A DNA stretch of 64,000 nt, taken from NCBI GenBank assembly GCA_948787875.1, contig CAQFKO010000001.1, forward strand, positions 31,545-95,544. The letters run 5' to 3'. Below the pieces are notes generated by a model that was not told the origin of the DNA, did not search any database, and saw nothing but the letters and a program-made list of their open reading frames with translations. This stretch comes from an uncultured Eubacteriales bacterium. Its GTDB lineage: Bacteria; Bacillota; Clostridia; Christensenellales; UBA1242. Shown here one piece after another: positions 1 to 8,236 of the stretch (position 1 is its first letter; each line of letters starts with the position of its first letter). The translations under genes were made by a program, and so were the position numbers.

Positions 1-179
1 CCCGAAGTGGATACTGTTAAAATCAAACAATATAAAGGAAAGGCCAATTGGTATTCACCCATGCCCACACCGCCCACTATTCCTGCAAGCGGTATGCGGT
101 AAATCGCACCCAAGACCTTTCCTATCAAATTGCAAATTATTAAAATTGCCGCACCATGAATAAATGTTTTATTCTTCAT
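1..179 (-). CDS. MOP-superfamily flippase (SpoVB/MurJ-like), N-terminal fragment running off the window start
   Basis: Own translation of the minus strand from ATG at 179 gives MKNKTFIHGAAILIICNLIGKVLGAIYRIPLAGIVGGVGMGEYQLAFPLYCLILTVSTSG. This resembles the conserved N-terminus of polysaccharide/lipid-II flippases (LGxxYRIPL ... GxYQxAxPxY). Not in the ORF track because it is truncated. Confidence 0.6.
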   Translation of the reverse strand, partial: MKNKTFIHGAAILIICNLIGKVLGAIYRIPLAGIVGGVGMGEYQLAFPLYCLILTVSTS

Positions 180-212
180 GTGCTTATTATGTGCAAAGCC
201 GTTTAAATCATA

Positions 213-806
213 CTAAATTGCCACAAATTCAAGCGTGAAACTGATTTTTGAACCTTCTAGCTCTTCTCCCGAAAGCGACCCCAGCCAGATTAAAAATGTA
301 AGCTTTTGCGTAGCGGAAACATTTTCAAATTTTGCAAGCTCTATTTGGTCTTCTTTTAGCGATTTGGTAGAATTTGCAACATCTTTTATTGCAATAAAAA
401 TATTCTTTCTTTCTTCATTGGCAGCTATTTGGTCAAGCTTTGTTTCTATCTTTATGTTCTTAACAATAATTTTGTAATTTGTTGATGTCTTTACAAAAAC
501 ATCTGCATAATAGCCCTCACTTGTGCCTTCGTTTGTTATTGTTGAAGGAATCTGAGTTTCACTGTCAAGCTCACCCGTTGAAGGTTTTAACCCAAGTTGC
601 ATATCAGACAGCTTTAACTGTTCTGCTTTCTTTTGCAATTTTTCGTCTTCATAAAGTTCTATATTTGCGGGAGCAACAAGTGCAACCGTTGTAATTTCTA
701 TTTTTGTTTCTTGATATTTGTAAACCGAAAAACAAACACCTATTACCGCAAAGACCAATGTTATATAAAAAACCAAAATGGTTGCTGCAACTGACTTTTT
801 TTCCAT
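213..806 (-). CDS. hypothetical membrane-anchored protein
   Basis: 197-aa ORF with an AGAGG SD upstream. One N-terminal TM helix (ATILVFYITLVFAVIGVCF) is followed by a soluble domain. No family recognised. Confidence 0.5.
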   Translation of the reverse strand: MEKKSVAATILVFYITLVFAVIGVCFSVYKYQETKIEITTVALVAPANIELYEDEKLQKKAEQLKLSDMQLGLKPSTGELDSETQIPSTITNEGTSEGYYADVFVKTSTNYKIIVKNIKIETKLDQIAANEERKNIFIAIKDVANSTKSLKEDQIELAKFENVSATQKLTFLIWLGSLSGEELEGSKISFTLEFVAI

Positions 807-850
807 AATAATACCTCTAATTAATGCTTGACCAAATTATTAATATTATT

Positions 851-887
851 CAAAAAAAAATAAAAAACCTCAAACTTATGTTTGAGG
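851..887 (-). terminator. rho-independent terminator
   Basis: CCTCAAAC (868-875) / GTTTGAGG (880-887) form an 8-bp stem with a 4-nt loop, followed on the minus strand by a T-run. Confidence 0.7.
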
Positions 888-912
888 AATTTTTAACTTT
901 GTTTTGCAATTA

Positions 913-1107
913 TTATTCCGGCTTATTTGCAGACTTTGCAAAATGCCAAACCATTACAGATGAAACTAAAATCAAAACTGAAACGGCAAGGAAGATGCCA
1001 AGTGCAACTATGCTGAAATCAAGCACAACTGTGCATACGACTCCAACTATAACAAGCAACAAGTCAATTATAAATGTGGCAATAAGTGCCTTTTTAGAAA
1101 TTTCCAT
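913..1107 (-). CDS. small two-TM membrane protein
   Basis: 64-aa ORF with a GGAAGGG SD about 5 nt upstream and its own terminator at 851-887. Two hydrophobic helices. The overlapping + strand ORF 824..1129 has no signals. Confidence 0.5.
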   Translation of the reverse strand: MEISKKALIATFIIDLLLVIVGVVCTVVLDFSIVALGIFLAVSVLILVSSVMVWHFAKSANKPE

Positions 1108-1178
1108 AGTTCCCTTCCTTTTTATTTAGTAATGATATTATAACACACTATTTATTAAATTTCCATAGTTTTTTGAAA

Positions 1179-1448
1179 TTAATTTAATTTTTTTAACAAA
1201 AATATTGTTCTTGCGGCATCTAAAACCACTTTATCTTTGACAAGGCTATGCTTAAACTCTTTTCTAACCAAATTTTTTAGAACATTGCCCCCATGAAACC
1301 CATGAATTATTACCACACAATCAATATTTGCATCAACTAAGCCAAGCTCATAAATAAGTGTGGCTTTGGCGTCTTCTTTTGTTAAACCATGCAGGTCGAT
1401 TGTTTTATATGTTCCGTAATAATATTCAATAAAACTGTCCGGCGTCAT
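1179..1448 (-). CDS. stand-alone Smr (small MutS-related) domain protein
   Basis: IDLHGLT ... VVIIHGFHGG matches the Smr pattern DLHG...IIHGxGxG. The ATG lies 4 nt after the stop of the upstream gene, with a GAGGG SD inside that gene. Confidence 0.7.
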   Translation of the reverse strand: MTPDSFIEYYYGTYKTIDLHGLTKEDAKATLIYELGLVDANIDCVVIIHGFHGGNVLKNLVRKEFKHSLVKDKVVLDAARTIFLLKKLN

Positions 1449-1451
1449 ATT

Positions 1452-2870
1452 TTAACCCTCAACGTTTTCAAAAGATGATGTATCAATGCCCACAAAACCG
1501 ATTATGTTTCCTTCACTGTCAAAAATTTCATTAGCAAAATGAGTTCTTTCGTCCCAATATTTATAAGTGAAAACTCCGTCTTTATAGTCATAAAGTTTTG
1601 TTATACTTTCTTTATCAAACTTTACATATTCAAACTTAAATGTATGTTGAAGATAATTTTCGCTATTTAGCTTTAAATCTATATCGAATGTTCCCGAAGC
1701 AAAGTCTGACTCTGACAATGTAAGAATATAATAATTGCTGTTTGAAGAAAGTTTTAAGTTGCTTGAATTTGCAGTCAAAATATATGGATTTTCGACATCA
1801 TTTGGAGTAAGAACAACAACCTCACCATTGGTATAGACTTTTCTTAATCTTAAATAAAGTTTATTCACCTTTTGAGAAAAATATGTGTTATAAACCGCCT
1901 TTTCGCCCGCATTAGCCAAGTTTTGTTCTGTTTTTTTGTAGTCTAAATATGATTCAAGGTGATTTTTGATTTGATCCTCGTCAAAATCCGAGGCATCAAC
2001 TTTTATTGTGTCTACAAAAACACATTTATCTTCAAAATCAGGAGTTGTTGAAAGCTCTAATTGCAAAAATTCAGGAGTATGCGCAACAATATGAATACTG
2101 ATATTTTGACTGCCCAAAACTTTGATTTTTCCGCTTTCCGAAATTGTGTAAGACTGAACAGTTATGGTGGTGTCTATATCTTTTGTGAAGCCCGATTTAC
2201 ACTTGATTAAAAGTTTTTGATTTTTTGGATTTATAGTAGCACTTTCGATTATGCTTTCATCAACATTGACAACTCTCAGCATATCATTATTAACCGCATA
2301 AGAATTTAATTCTTGTGATGACTTTGCCTCATAATTATAAGAATATTGCAAGCCGTCTGAATATGCTATTAATTTGTTTGGATAATATGAAGAAAATTCT
2401 CCGTAATAATTGTCATCAAAGACAGTAAAGCTGTCGGCAACTATATCATAAACCGTTAGTTCAAAACTGTCGGTAACCGTTCCGATTGAAACGGAAATAG
2501 TGGCCTTTCCCGCTTTTTGATACTGAACATAGCACGAGTTGTTGCTATAAACTATTTTTGCAACATTTTCATTTGATGAGGTTGGATAAACATTTGTCAT
2601 TCCATTGGAGGTATTTGCATAAACGCCGATTTCAAATCTATTTTGACTGTTGCTTCTGAGATAGACGCTTCTGTTTTTTATTGACTTATATTCTTGTTCG
2701 CTATTGGTATAAACAAAATCATATTGTCCGCTTACCGGTTCAACAATTCTAAGGTCATAGATATAAAAGGTTTTATTATTTTGCGCAACAAAATAAATTG
2801 ACAAACCGCCAACTATAACCACCACTAGCACAGAAATTAAGATTGCAACTAGTTTTAGAGTTTTCTTCAT
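1452..2870 (-). CDS. membrane-anchored protein with Ig-like (Big_2-like) beta-rich ectodomain
   Basis: 472 aa with an N-terminal TM (LVAILISVLVVVIVGGLSIYF). A segment such as GKATISVSIGTVTDSFELTVYD resembles bacterial Ig-like domains. GGGGAAACA SD. Confidence 0.5.
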   Translation of the reverse strand: MKKTLKLVAILISVLVVVIVGGLSIYFVAQNNKTFYIYDLRIVEPVSGQYDFVYTNSEQEYKSIKNRSVYLRSNSQNRFEIGVYANTSNGMTNVYPTSSNENVAKIVYSNNSCYVQYQKAGKATISVSIGTVTDSFELTVYDIVADSFTVFDDNYYGEFSSYYPNKLIAYSDGLQYSYNYEAKSSQELNSYAVNNDMLRVVNVDESIIESATINPKNQKLLIKCKSGFTKDIDTTITVQSYTISESGKIKVLGSQNISIHIVAHTPEFLQLELSTTPDFEDKCVFVDTIKVDASDFDEDQIKNHLESYLDYKKTEQNLANAGEKAVYNTYFSQKVNKLYLRLRKVYTNGEVVVLTPNDVENPYILTANSSNLKLSSNSNYYILTLSESDFASGTFDIDLKLNSENYLQHTFKFEYVKFDKESITKLYDYKDGVFTYKYWDERTHFANEIFDSEGNIIGFVGIDTSSFENVEG

Positions 2871-3032
2871 TGTTTCCCCACTAAATATTATTACAATTTA
2901 AATAATATATTATTTAATATTTTATGTCAAACAAAACTTGACAAAGTGCCAAACCAAAAAAGAAATATAATTATTTATTAAAAAAATCTGCAACAAAAAA
3001 GAAGCAACGATGTGCTTCTTTTCTTTATCTGA

Positions 3033-4586
3033 TTAATCAACTACGGTTACTGTGTAGAATCTTACCATTTCGCCAAGTTCAACTTTTCCGTAGATAGAGT
3101 TAGAAATAACAACTCTTACTGTGTTATAACCACCAACTACATCAAAGTATTTTGCACCTGTGTCAAGGTCAATGATGTTTGTTACAAACATTGATGAAAC
3201 AGTTGTGTCGTCATTGTTGTTTAACAAAACTTTTCCTGTAAGTCTGATGTTGTAAGCACATTGGTTTGCAACATCAAGTGCAAATTTGTTAAGGTCAACA
3301 GTTGCTGCTACAAGTTTTTTTGCAAAACCGAATGCTTTTAAAACATTAACATTTGAATCTACAATTACATCTTTGATTGTGATATATCTTTCTGTTGTGA
3401 TTTTTCCAGCTGAATATTCTGCATTTCTAACTTCGTATACAGCACCTGCATAGATAACATCAGCGTTAACATTTGCTGTTACAGAAATTGTGTCGATTGT
3501 TGTTTTTTGGTCTGCGTTATCTGCTCTGATAACATTTACGATACCAGCGATTTTTGTGAAAGCTGATTCTTCAATAGTTTTAACACCATTTGTGTTGAAG
3601 CTTGAACCGATTTGGTTTGCTGTGATGTTAATAACATCTTTTTCAATATTTGAACCAAGAACATAACCTGCAACACCACCTACATAAAGTACTTGGTCAT
3701 ATTCTGATACAAGATAAAGGTTAACTGTGTTGTTTGAAATTGTTGAGTTATAAGCATATCCTGCAACACCGCCTACAAAGTAGTGGTCACCGGCATTTAC
3801 ATTAACTTCAACAGTTGTTTTTGTGTTGTCGATTGTTGTTCTGTTAGCTACACCTACTACACCACCTACTGCGTTATAGCCTTGAACATAGTTTTCTGCA
3901 TAAACTGAATATGCATCAGCGTTGATAGTTGCTTTTACTTCTGCATTGATTGTTGAATTGTTTGCAATAGCTGCAACAGTTCCAATTGTAAGTTGTTTGA
4001 AAGCTGCTTCATGGTCTGCAACGAATGCTCCACCACGAATATAATCATATACTTCGTTTGCAATTTCTACTTTAACATTGTTATAAACAATATCTGAAAT
4101 TTCTGCGTTATTGATTTTTCCGAATACTGCAACATTTGAAACATATTTTTCGTCTGCGTCTTTAACAATATAGTTATTAAGATTTGAGGTTGTTACATCA
4201 ATTGAAATGTTTTTAAGTTCAAAACCGTTACCATTGATGTGTCCGTTGAATTCTTTGTCTTGGAAAAGTGTTACAAAGTTGTTTTCAGCAAAGTCAATAT
4301 CTCTGTCTAATTCAAAATATTTTTCTTCTGTTCCGAATTCTCCAAGAAGATTTAAAAAGCTTTCTGCGTTATAGATAATGTATGGCTTTTCTTCTGAACC
4401 ATCGTTCTCTTCATTGCTTGGATATGGTTTTTCTGGATCAGGACGATCAGTGATGTTTGATCCGTTATTACCGTTATCGGTGTTGGTTTTGCCAGGTGCA
4501 AATACGCTGGCAACTGTGACAGCTACAAGTGCCACTGTTAAAATAATGCTACAAACTAAAGATAAAAATAAATTTCTTTTTTTCAT
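3033..4586 (-). CDS. GLUG-motif repeat surface protein
   Basis: The ORF-track start 4595 directly abuts the SD. AGGGAG lies 9 nt before the ATG at 4586 (MKKRNLFLSL...). N-terminal TM/signal. Repeated GG[VL][AV]G motifs are present (GGVVGVANRTTIDN, VGGVAGYAYNSTISNN, VGGVAGYVLGSNIEKD). Confidence 0.55.
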   Translation of the reverse strand: MKKRNLFLSLVCSIILTVALVAVTVASVFAPGKTNTDNGNNGSNITDRPDPEKPYPSNEENDGSEEKPYIIYNAESFLNLLGEFGTEEKYFELDRDIDFAENNFVTLFQDKEFNGHINGNGFELKNISIDVTTSNLNNYIVKDADEKYVSNVAVFGKINNAEISDIVYNNVKVEIANEVYDYIRGGAFVADHEAAFKQLTIGTVAAIANNSTINAEVKATINADAYSVYAENYVQGYNAVGGVVGVANRTTIDNTKTTVEVNVNAGDHYFVGGVAGYAYNSTISNNTVNLYLVSEYDQVLYVGGVAGYVLGSNIEKDVINITANQIGSSFNTNGVKTIEESAFTKIAGIVNVIRADNADQKTTIDTISVTANVNADVIYAGAVYEVRNAEYSAGKITTERYITIKDVIVDSNVNVLKAFGFAKKLVAATVDLNKFALDVANQCAYNIRLTGKVLLNNNDDTTVSSMFVTNIIDLDTGAKYFDVVGGYNTVRVVISNSIYGKVELGEMVRFYTVTVVD

Positions 4587-4617
4587 TTCTATCATCTCCC
4601 TTTTTTTAGTTTAGACT

Positions 4618-4646
4618 ATTATAATACTTTTGCAATTAAATGTCAA
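4618..4646 (-). promoter_or_regulatory. sigma-A promoter P1 of the GLUG gene (TTGACA-17-TATAAT)
   Basis: Minus strand reads TTGACA (4646-4641), a 17-nt spacer, then TATAAT (4623-4618). Both hexamers are perfect consensus. Confidence 0.75.
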
Positions 4647-4682
4647 TACCTTTCGTAAAAAATATTATAATTTTTTTGTAAA

Positions 4683-4804
4683 AGCCCAAATTTTCGGCAT
4701 TCAGATTACAAAAAAGTTTTGTTTTTGTAACCTGTTATATATATTATATCATAACTAAAAAGCAAAATCAAGACCATAAGCCGAAAAAGTGATGTTTTTG
4801 GGCT
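4683..4804. repeat. split inverted repeat (8+8 bp) enclosing 81 bp
   Basis: AGCCCAAATTTTCGGC (4683-4698) is the exact reverse complement of GCCGAAAA (4780-4787) plus TTTGGGCT (4797-4804). The right arm is interrupted by 9 nt. An inner 9-bp hairpin TTACAAAAA/TTTTTGTAA lies at 4706-4730. Confidence 0.7.
4743..4771 (-). promoter_or_regulatory. second upstream promoter P2 (TTGATT-17-TATAAT) inside the inverted-repeat-bounded segment
   Basis: Minus strand reads TTGATT (4771-4766), a 17-nt spacer, then TATAAT (4748-4743). Confidence 0.55.
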
Positions 4805-4883
4805 AAAAAATGCATATTTTTTATGCTTTTTTGTCGAAAATTCGTGTTTTTTACAGTCACATTCTATATATAATATTAATTGC

Positions 4884-4910
4884 ATAAAAAAATGACCCAT
4901 TTTTGGGTCA
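4884..4910 (-). terminator. rho-independent terminator after the lipoprotein gene
   Basis: TGACCCA (4893-4899) / TGGGTCA (4904-4910) form the stem, followed on the minus strand by TTTTTTT. Confidence 0.75.
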
Positions 4911-4942
4911 AATTTAAATTTTTTTTGAAAATATTGATACTT

Positions 4943-5986
4943 TTAAGCCAAAATTTCTATTTTAAAGCTCAATTTCAGCGGTTTACCACTGCTATCCGTT
5001 AAATTCGTAACAAGTGACACATTAAAGCTGTAATCGTTTTTTGTTATATCATTTATTTGAATCAAAATCTTGTTTTCGGAATAATCAGCAGAAACTATGC
5101 TGCTATCACTGAACGAAAACAGAGTTTCGATATTGTTTTCAAGCAAAATGTTTGTATCACTGAAAAACAGTACATTATAGCTAATAACATAAGCGCCACT
5201 TTGTGTTTCCAAACTTGACGATTGCAAAGTTATGGTTTCGCCTTCTTTTATAAATTTATCGACTCCGCCAAGCTTTAAAACTGCCTTTCCCGCACTTTGA
5301 ATAACATTTATTTTAACAACAAACTTGGTTTTTTCTTTTCCGCTTTGGTCAAGTAGCGAAACCGTTACATTTGCCGTTGCCTCATTGGTGCAAACCGCAT
5401 AAATGGTTAGCCTGTCGCTGTTTGGAACTTGAACCTTTGTTTCGTCACTGCTGACAACCTTAAACTTATAATCGCTTTCTAAAATCTGTCTTACGTTGTT
5501 TTCACCCTCAAATTCCGCCAAAACATCAATGGTATACATTCCTTGCGCTGCAAGTTGAACCTCTGTGAATTTTGGATAAACTTTTGTCGGATATTTTTTT
5601 AGCGTAACAAGGCAGTGATCGCTGTGTCCGTTTACATTTATTTCTACATCAAGGTCTTCAAAATCGGCTCTTGTTACGGTGATTACTCCATCACCTTCAA
5701 GCACAAAACGCTGTCTGTTTCGCTCGGTTGCATCATTGTTATAAGTTACTGCATAACCCGACCAAGTGGAAGGATTGACTTTGTAATTTAATTTTGTCGG
5801 AACTCCAAGGTCAACTTCAAAAATCGCCCTGCCCTTGCTGTCATATTTTTCGCTTACAAAGTTAACCGCGTTTGCTCCGTTAGTCGCAGTTGCACCACAA
5901 CCGCTAAAAAGCATGGTTAAAGGCAATGTTATACAAAATAACACCGCCAGCATTATTGACCTTAAATTCTTCTTTAAACTCTTCAA
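4943..5986 (-). CDS. lipoprotein with Ig-like beta-rich body
   Basis: TTG start with a GGAG SD. Lys-rich n-region plus lipobox LFSG|C. The gene begins only 20 nt after the pyk stop, so it is probably co-transcribed. Confidence 0.6.
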   Translation of the reverse strand: MKSLKKNLRSIMLAVLFCITLPLTMLFSGCGATATNGANAVNFVSEKYDSKGRAIFEVDLGVPTKLNYKVNPSTWSGYAVTYNNDATERNRQRFVLEGDGVITVTRADFEDLDVEINVNGHSDHCLVTLKKYPTKVYPKFTEVQLAAQGMYTIDVLAEFEGENNVRQILESDYKFKVVSSDETKVQVPNSDRLTIYAVCTNEATANVTVSLLDQSGKEKTKFVVKINVIQSAGKAVLKLGGVDKFIKEGETITLQSSSLETQSGAYVISYNVLFFSDTNILLENNIETLFSFSDSSIVSADYSENKILIQINDITKNDYSFNVSLVTNLTDSSGKPLKLSFKIEILA

Positions 5987-6006
5987 AATTCTTCTCCAAA
6001 AGTATT

Positions 6007-7416
6007 TTAGTCTATATTAGAAACAACAAGCATATTCGAGCCCTGACCGCCCGTTAACACTCCTGCCGTTTGAATAACTATATCGCCACTCTCCACAAAC
6101 TCACTCTTTTTTGCAAGTTCTCTTGCCGAAGCCAAAAGCTCATCTGTGCTATAATAAATTTTATCGAGAATAGGATAAACCCCCCACATTAATCCAAGTT
6201 TGTAATAAACTCTTGAATTTGGGGTAAGCGCAATAATTTTGCAACCCGGCTTAAATCTGCAAATACTTTGAGCAGACATTCCTGTGTTTGTTGTTACCAA
6301 AATAGCATTTGCGTTTAAACTTGTGGCAAGCGCACACGCTGCATAGCCTATTCCGCAAGTAATATTGTTTGTTGGAACAAAGCGTGACAATGAGTTATTA
6401 AAGTCTATGCTTCCCTCTGCTTCTTCCGCAATTTTTTGCATGGTTGCAACAGCTTCAACAGGGTGCTTTCCCGCACTTGTTTCTCCCGAAAGCATTATTG
6501 CCGAAGTACCGTCGTAAATTGCGTTTGCAACATCGGAAATCTCCGCTCTTGTTGGTCTGATATTGTTTATCATTGATTCAAGCATTTGAGTTGCCGTTAT
6601 GCTGAGTTTTCCGAGCTTATTTGCAACTGATATCATATCTTTTTGAATATGAGGCAATTTTTCAAAGGCAATTTCTACACCAAGGTCACCTCTTGCCACC
6701 ATTACGCCTTCTGATGCGGAAATAATTTCTTTCATGTTTTCAACGCCTTTTTCAGATTCTATTTTAGAAATTATAAAGGCATTGTCTTCACCAAGGTCGG
6801 CAAGAAATTTTCTTACATCTTCAACATCTCTTGCACGGTTTACAAAAGAAATGGAATAAACATCAACATGTTCTTCCACACCAAACTTTAAATCGGATTT
6901 GTCAATATCACTGAGATATTCCATATTAAGATCCACACTTGGAACGCTTATGGATTTGTTGTTTGAAAGCTCTCCGCCAACCACAACTTCGGTATAAATA
7001 ACATTTGATGTTTTGCTAAGAACGCAAAGTTCTATCAGTCCGTCGTTAAGCAAAATTTTTGTTCCTTTTTTTACAATTGAAGGAAGCTTTTTATAAGTTA
7101 CAGAAACAATTGAATTGTCGCCGTCTACAAGTTCTGTTGTAAGGGCAAAGTCTTGACCTTTTTTTAGTGTAACCTTTCCGTTTTTAAACTGACGAATTCT
7201 GATTTCGGGACCTTTGGTATCAAGCATAATTGCAACAGGCAAATTGAGTTCAAATCTTGCTTGCTTAACAAGATTCATAAGTTCTCTGTGAGTTTCGTGA
7301 GTGCCGTGGCTCATATTGAATCTTGCGACATTCATTCCCGCAAGCATCATATTTTTTAAGGTTTCGAGGTCTGAACAAGCCGGACCGATTGTGCACACAA
7401 TTTTTGTTTTATTCAT
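6007..7416 (-). CDS. pyk: pyruvate kinase
   Basis: 469 aa with KIVCTIGPA...MNVARFNMSHG...MLDTKGPEIR and MVARGDLGVE, the canonical PK motifs. AGGAG SD. Confidence 0.95.
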   Translation of the reverse strand: MNKTKIVCTIGPACSDLETLKNMMLAGMNVARFNMSHGTHETHRELMNLVKQARFELNLPVAIMLDTKGPEIRIRQFKNGKVTLKKGQDFALTTELVDGDNSIVSVTYKKLPSIVKKGTKILLNDGLIELCVLSKTSNVIYTEVVVGGELSNNKSISVPSVDLNMEYLSDIDKSDLKFGVEEHVDVYSISFVNRARDVEDVRKFLADLGEDNAFIISKIESEKGVENMKEIISASEGVMVARGDLGVEIAFEKLPHIQKDMISVANKLGKLSITATQMLESMINNIRPTRAEISDVANAIYDGTSAIMLSGETSAGKHPVEAVATMQKIAEEAEGSIDFNNSLSRFVPTNNITCGIGYAACALATSLNANAILVTTNTGMSAQSICRFKPGCKIIALTPNSRVYYKLGLMWGVYPILDKIYYSTDELLASARELAKKSEFVESGDIVIQTAGVLTGGQGSNMLVVSNID

Positions 7417-7502
7417 TCTATTCTCCTAATAATACTTATACACTATTATTATATTAATAAATAAAATAAAATGCAAATAAAAATAAAAGGTAAAATTACC
7501 TT

Positions 7503-8147
7503 TTATTTATTAAATGAAAAATAATCTGTTGGGTCTATTAAAGTTTCGCCTTTGAGCATTTCAAAGTGCAAATGAACACCGTCTTTCTTTTCTGTTAAAA
7601 AGCCTGTGATTTTGCCAAGTTCTGCACCTTTTTTGACTACATCGCCTTCTTTTACCTTAACATCACTTGAAAGACCTTTGTAAACCACCGTCAAATTTTC
7701 AGAAACCTTTAAATAAACGGTTGAGCCGTCCATCATTGAACTTATAACTTTGGTGACTGTTCCGTCATAAACCGCTTTTGCAACAGTTCCTTCGGCACAG
7801 GCAAAGTCAAGCGCTTGGTGTGTGAACCAATAATTTGATGTGGCGTCATAAATAAGTTTTGTATCGCTGTATTCTTTTGAAATTTCGGCGTTTTCAAAAG
7901 GAAGGTCAAAAATTATTGTGTCATCTGAGGTTGTAGGATTTGAAGGATCGCCTTCGTCGTCTTTGTCACCCGTGTTGTCTACTTGTTCGTTTTGGTTGCC
8001 CGTGTTTATAACATCGTCATTTCCCTTTAATGCCGAATATGCCGAAATTGTTATTATTGCAAGCACCAAAACCGTACACATGGTTACTGTTATCGGATAA
8101 ATATTTCTCTTAAAAAAATGCTTTGCTTTTAGTAAAAAAGTTCTCAT
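7503..8147 (-). CDS. M23 (LytM-type) peptidase, membrane-anchored
   Basis: N-terminal TM. The C-terminus has GxxVxxGxxIG ... GVHLHFEM, typical of the M23 family. GGGGGA SD. Confidence 0.8.
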   Translation of the reverse strand: MRTFLLKAKHFFKRNIYPITVTMCTVLVLAIITISAYSALKGNDDVINTGNQNEQVDNTGDKDDEGDPSNPTTSDDTIIFDLPFENAEISKEYSDTKLIYDATSNYWFTHQALDFACAEGTVAKAVYDGTVTKVISSMMDGSTVYLKVSENLTVVYKGLSSDVKVKEGDVVKKGAELGKITGFLTEKKDGVHLHFEMLKGETLIDPTDYFSFNK

Positions 8148-8236
8148 AAATCTTCCCCCTTAATATACTCAAAATATTTACCAAAAACATTTTTTTATAC
8201 ACAAAAAAAAGAAAATCTTTGCGACTTTCTTTTTTA

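Noticed and set aside
4861-4885. AT-rich TTCTATATATAATATTAATTG, resembling a dif/Xer site
   Set aside because: Comparison with the Firmicutes dif consensus as I remember it shows no convincing XerC/XerD arms. It is more likely just AT-rich spacer.
4706-4900. 64-aa minus-strand ORF in the long gap upstream of the GLUG gene
   Set aside because: Its start lies inside the terminator hairpin of the upstream gene. There is no SD, and the sequence is better explained by promoters, hairpins and the inverted repeat.
4905-4912. GGGTCAAA heptad resembling a CtsR operator half
   Set aside because: There is a single copy only, with no tandem heptad, and it is part of the terminator stem.
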